Assembly: GCA_963776275.1 (NCBI GenBank)
Contig: CAVZMI010000020.1
Span: forward strand, 1-64,000
Reading direction: 5' to 3'
DNA length: 64,000 nucleotides
DNA from: Ignavibacteriota bacterium
GTDB lineage: Bacteria > Bacteroidota > Ignavibacteria > UBA10030 > CAVZMI01
The notes under the pieces: generated by a model
The model's input: the letters and a program-made list of their open reading frames with translations, nothing else
The model's database searches: none
Told to the model about the DNA's origin: nothing
Made by a program: the position numbers and the translations under genes
Shown: piece by piece, positions 61,967-64,000 of the stretch
Position numbering within the stretch: the stretch's first letter is position 1
Layout of the letters: each line of letters starts with the position of its first letter

Positions 61967-64000
61967 TCAAAAACTCTTGTGCCTCTCGAACCAGTTGCAC
62001 AATTCAATCCGATCTTCAATTCGATTCTTCTCCGTCTCCTGTGAGGTATAATTTAACGCCCGCCAGTAATGAAGTTTAGCTTTTTCCCATTCCCTTGTAT
62101 GCTCAAAAACAACGGCACGTAATACTTCATTACTGTAATTCAGCGTGGAATCCCGGAAAATAAATTCCTCGGCGGAGATCACATTTCGCGCATCGATATA
62201 ATTGTGTGCGTTCACATATAAACGAAGCACAATATATCGATACAACGATCCGGTTTCTGTATCGCTCTGCGGGTCGAGAAGCAATTTCCTTAGAATATTG
62301 ATTCGGATCGAATCTTCATTCTCACGGTAAAACCGCCGCATCACGGAGTATTGACCCGGCCGGGCAAGCCATGTCAATCGTATTACTGCAAGCTCGTTAT
62401 ACGATCGAAGGATGTGATTCGTAATCAACGATATATAATATCGACATGCCTGTGCGCTGTCTCCTTTCATCATGTATGCATCTCCGATCATCAGATCGGC
62501 CATCGGCATAATTGGCGGCCGGTGTTTACTCGGAGACGAAGTCGTCACGCTATCGTACTCTTCACCGCGAAATTCCGATTGCATATATCCCAATAAAGCA
62601 TCGTCGCTTCCCGTTTCATCGTAAGCGTGCCTGTAGAACGCTGCGGCTGCCGCATAGTTCTTCTCGCGGATTTTTTTCCCAGCATCATTCATCCATTCCG
62701 CTGTCACACGGGCACAGGTTTTTTTGAATACCGGAGGCCTCCTAAAAAAATATCGCACATGTGCTTCGTCTGAATCGGAAATTTTTATCTGCGATAGAAA
62801 ATCATCCCATTCTGCAATAAGGCTCTGCAGCGATCGCCCGTAGCCCGTCTCAAAGCTGCCGCCCAGATAGGTCCGCTTGAACCGTTCAATCCCGTAATGA
62901 TCGAGCAGATATTGCACAAATGAACCGCAGACGATATAACTTTTAGCGGGAGCCTGTGTGATAAATCCGGAATAAGAAAGAAGCTTTTCTATATTAAAAT
63001 CGACGCCGAATTCCTTCATTGCCGCCGCATAATAATGAAGCGTCCGTTCGCCCCTATCTCCCCCGAGCGCCACTGCAAGTCCTTCGACCAATCCCATCCG
63101 CGGACTGATCCCGAGAAAAGGCATGCCAAACCGGCCAGCGATGACATGAACCAGCTCATGCTTCAAAGTTTCTTCAAGCGAGGCGGCACTAATGTGGACT
63201 TCCCTCATCCATGGTTTAGCAATATCTGTCGTTGCCGTACCGAGAAGTCGTTGTTTGACTTCGGCAGATGAATAGATATACGATTGGATTTTCGTCAGCG
63301 GCACTGTTCGGAGCTCGCCGATAATCTGCATATAGCGATACTCGTGTTCACCTGCAATCCGGTTAATTTCTTTCTCCGAGTATGTTGAAGGAGAGTAATA
63401 GATATCAAAATGCTGTGTTGAATATTTTGCCCCGAGAATTTTTTGCACATAGGATGTCGACGACTCGAAAGAGAGCTCGTGCCTGAAATAATAAGATCCT
63501 GCCAGGATAAAAATCAGTATAACGGCTGCGACAGCAGTGCCGGTTTTTTCACCATGACGGCGATTCCCCTGATTTTCTGCCAGACATTTTCCCTGCATAG
63601 TGTCGAAGAAGCAATCGCAATACCACTTAGTAGAAAAATCATCGCCGCACAAAGAGTCAGAATCCGGAAAAGAATGAAGGCCGGTGTAATAGGAAGAAAC
63701 TCGTCATATGAAAATCCGGGGAAATATCCAAAGAGCACGTTGTACGCGTACAGCTGGGGTTCAAAATATGTATGAATAAGGGGGGAAATAAAGATGGCGG
63801 CAATAAGAACACCATAGAGCGTCTTCGAATGCGCCACAAGCAGTCCAATCAATCCGGCAAGCGCAACACTAAAAAGTATTGTTACGCATGGGATGAGGAA
63901 CACGAACGCCATTCCCTGGAGAATATTACAGTTTTTAACAAACAGCGCATTCACCATCATGACGGCGACAGGGACAAGCAAAACGAGTACGTTTTGCACT
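61967..64000 (-). CDS. Membrane protein with HExxH (peptidase MA-like) and TPR-like regions; 5' end outside window; frameshift at ~63520
   Basis: TM region with YNVLFGYFPGFSYDE, then HFDIYY, LKHELVHV, GLVEGLAVA and helical repeats. Confidence 0.72.

Overview
Mostly core-genome DNA from an Ignavibacteria/Chlorobi-like (FCB group) bacterium. This assignment is inferred from the futalosine menaquinone genes, PorX, T9SS-type C-terminal domains, DUF3276 and GWxTD proteins, and TTGCAA/TTGACA-17-TAnnnT promoters. Housekeeping blocks: cysS-recN; ffh-rpsP-khpA-rimM-trmD-rplS-mqnA; PpiC/SurA-M16-MoxR-S8; ubiA/ubiX/ubiD-mqnE::mqnA-mqnC-sua5 plus mqnD; argS-rsfS; porX-tsaE-tsaB-accD-panC-panD-glmU(N); glgP; two cold-shock genes; eno-pgm-DUF4921. 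About a dozen genes, including essential ffh and argS, carry single-base frameshifts, most likely long-read/assembly errors. No rRNA, tRNA, CRISPR array or transposase was recognised. The most interesting items are: (1) a coupled ECF sigma / XRE-HTH / ImmA-IrrE protease module next to a PUR-type ssDNA-binding gene; (2) a 981-aa TonB-C protein with cytoplasmic TPR units and a ~470-residue charged single alpha-helix, whose TPR unit recurs in an orphan response regulator 39 kb away; (3) an MqnE-MqnA fusion plus a divergent stand-alone MqnA; (4) nested REP-like palindromes, some inserted in frame in genes, and a MITE-like structured element; (5) a terminator-containing ffh leader and an unannotated 51-aa membrane protein.
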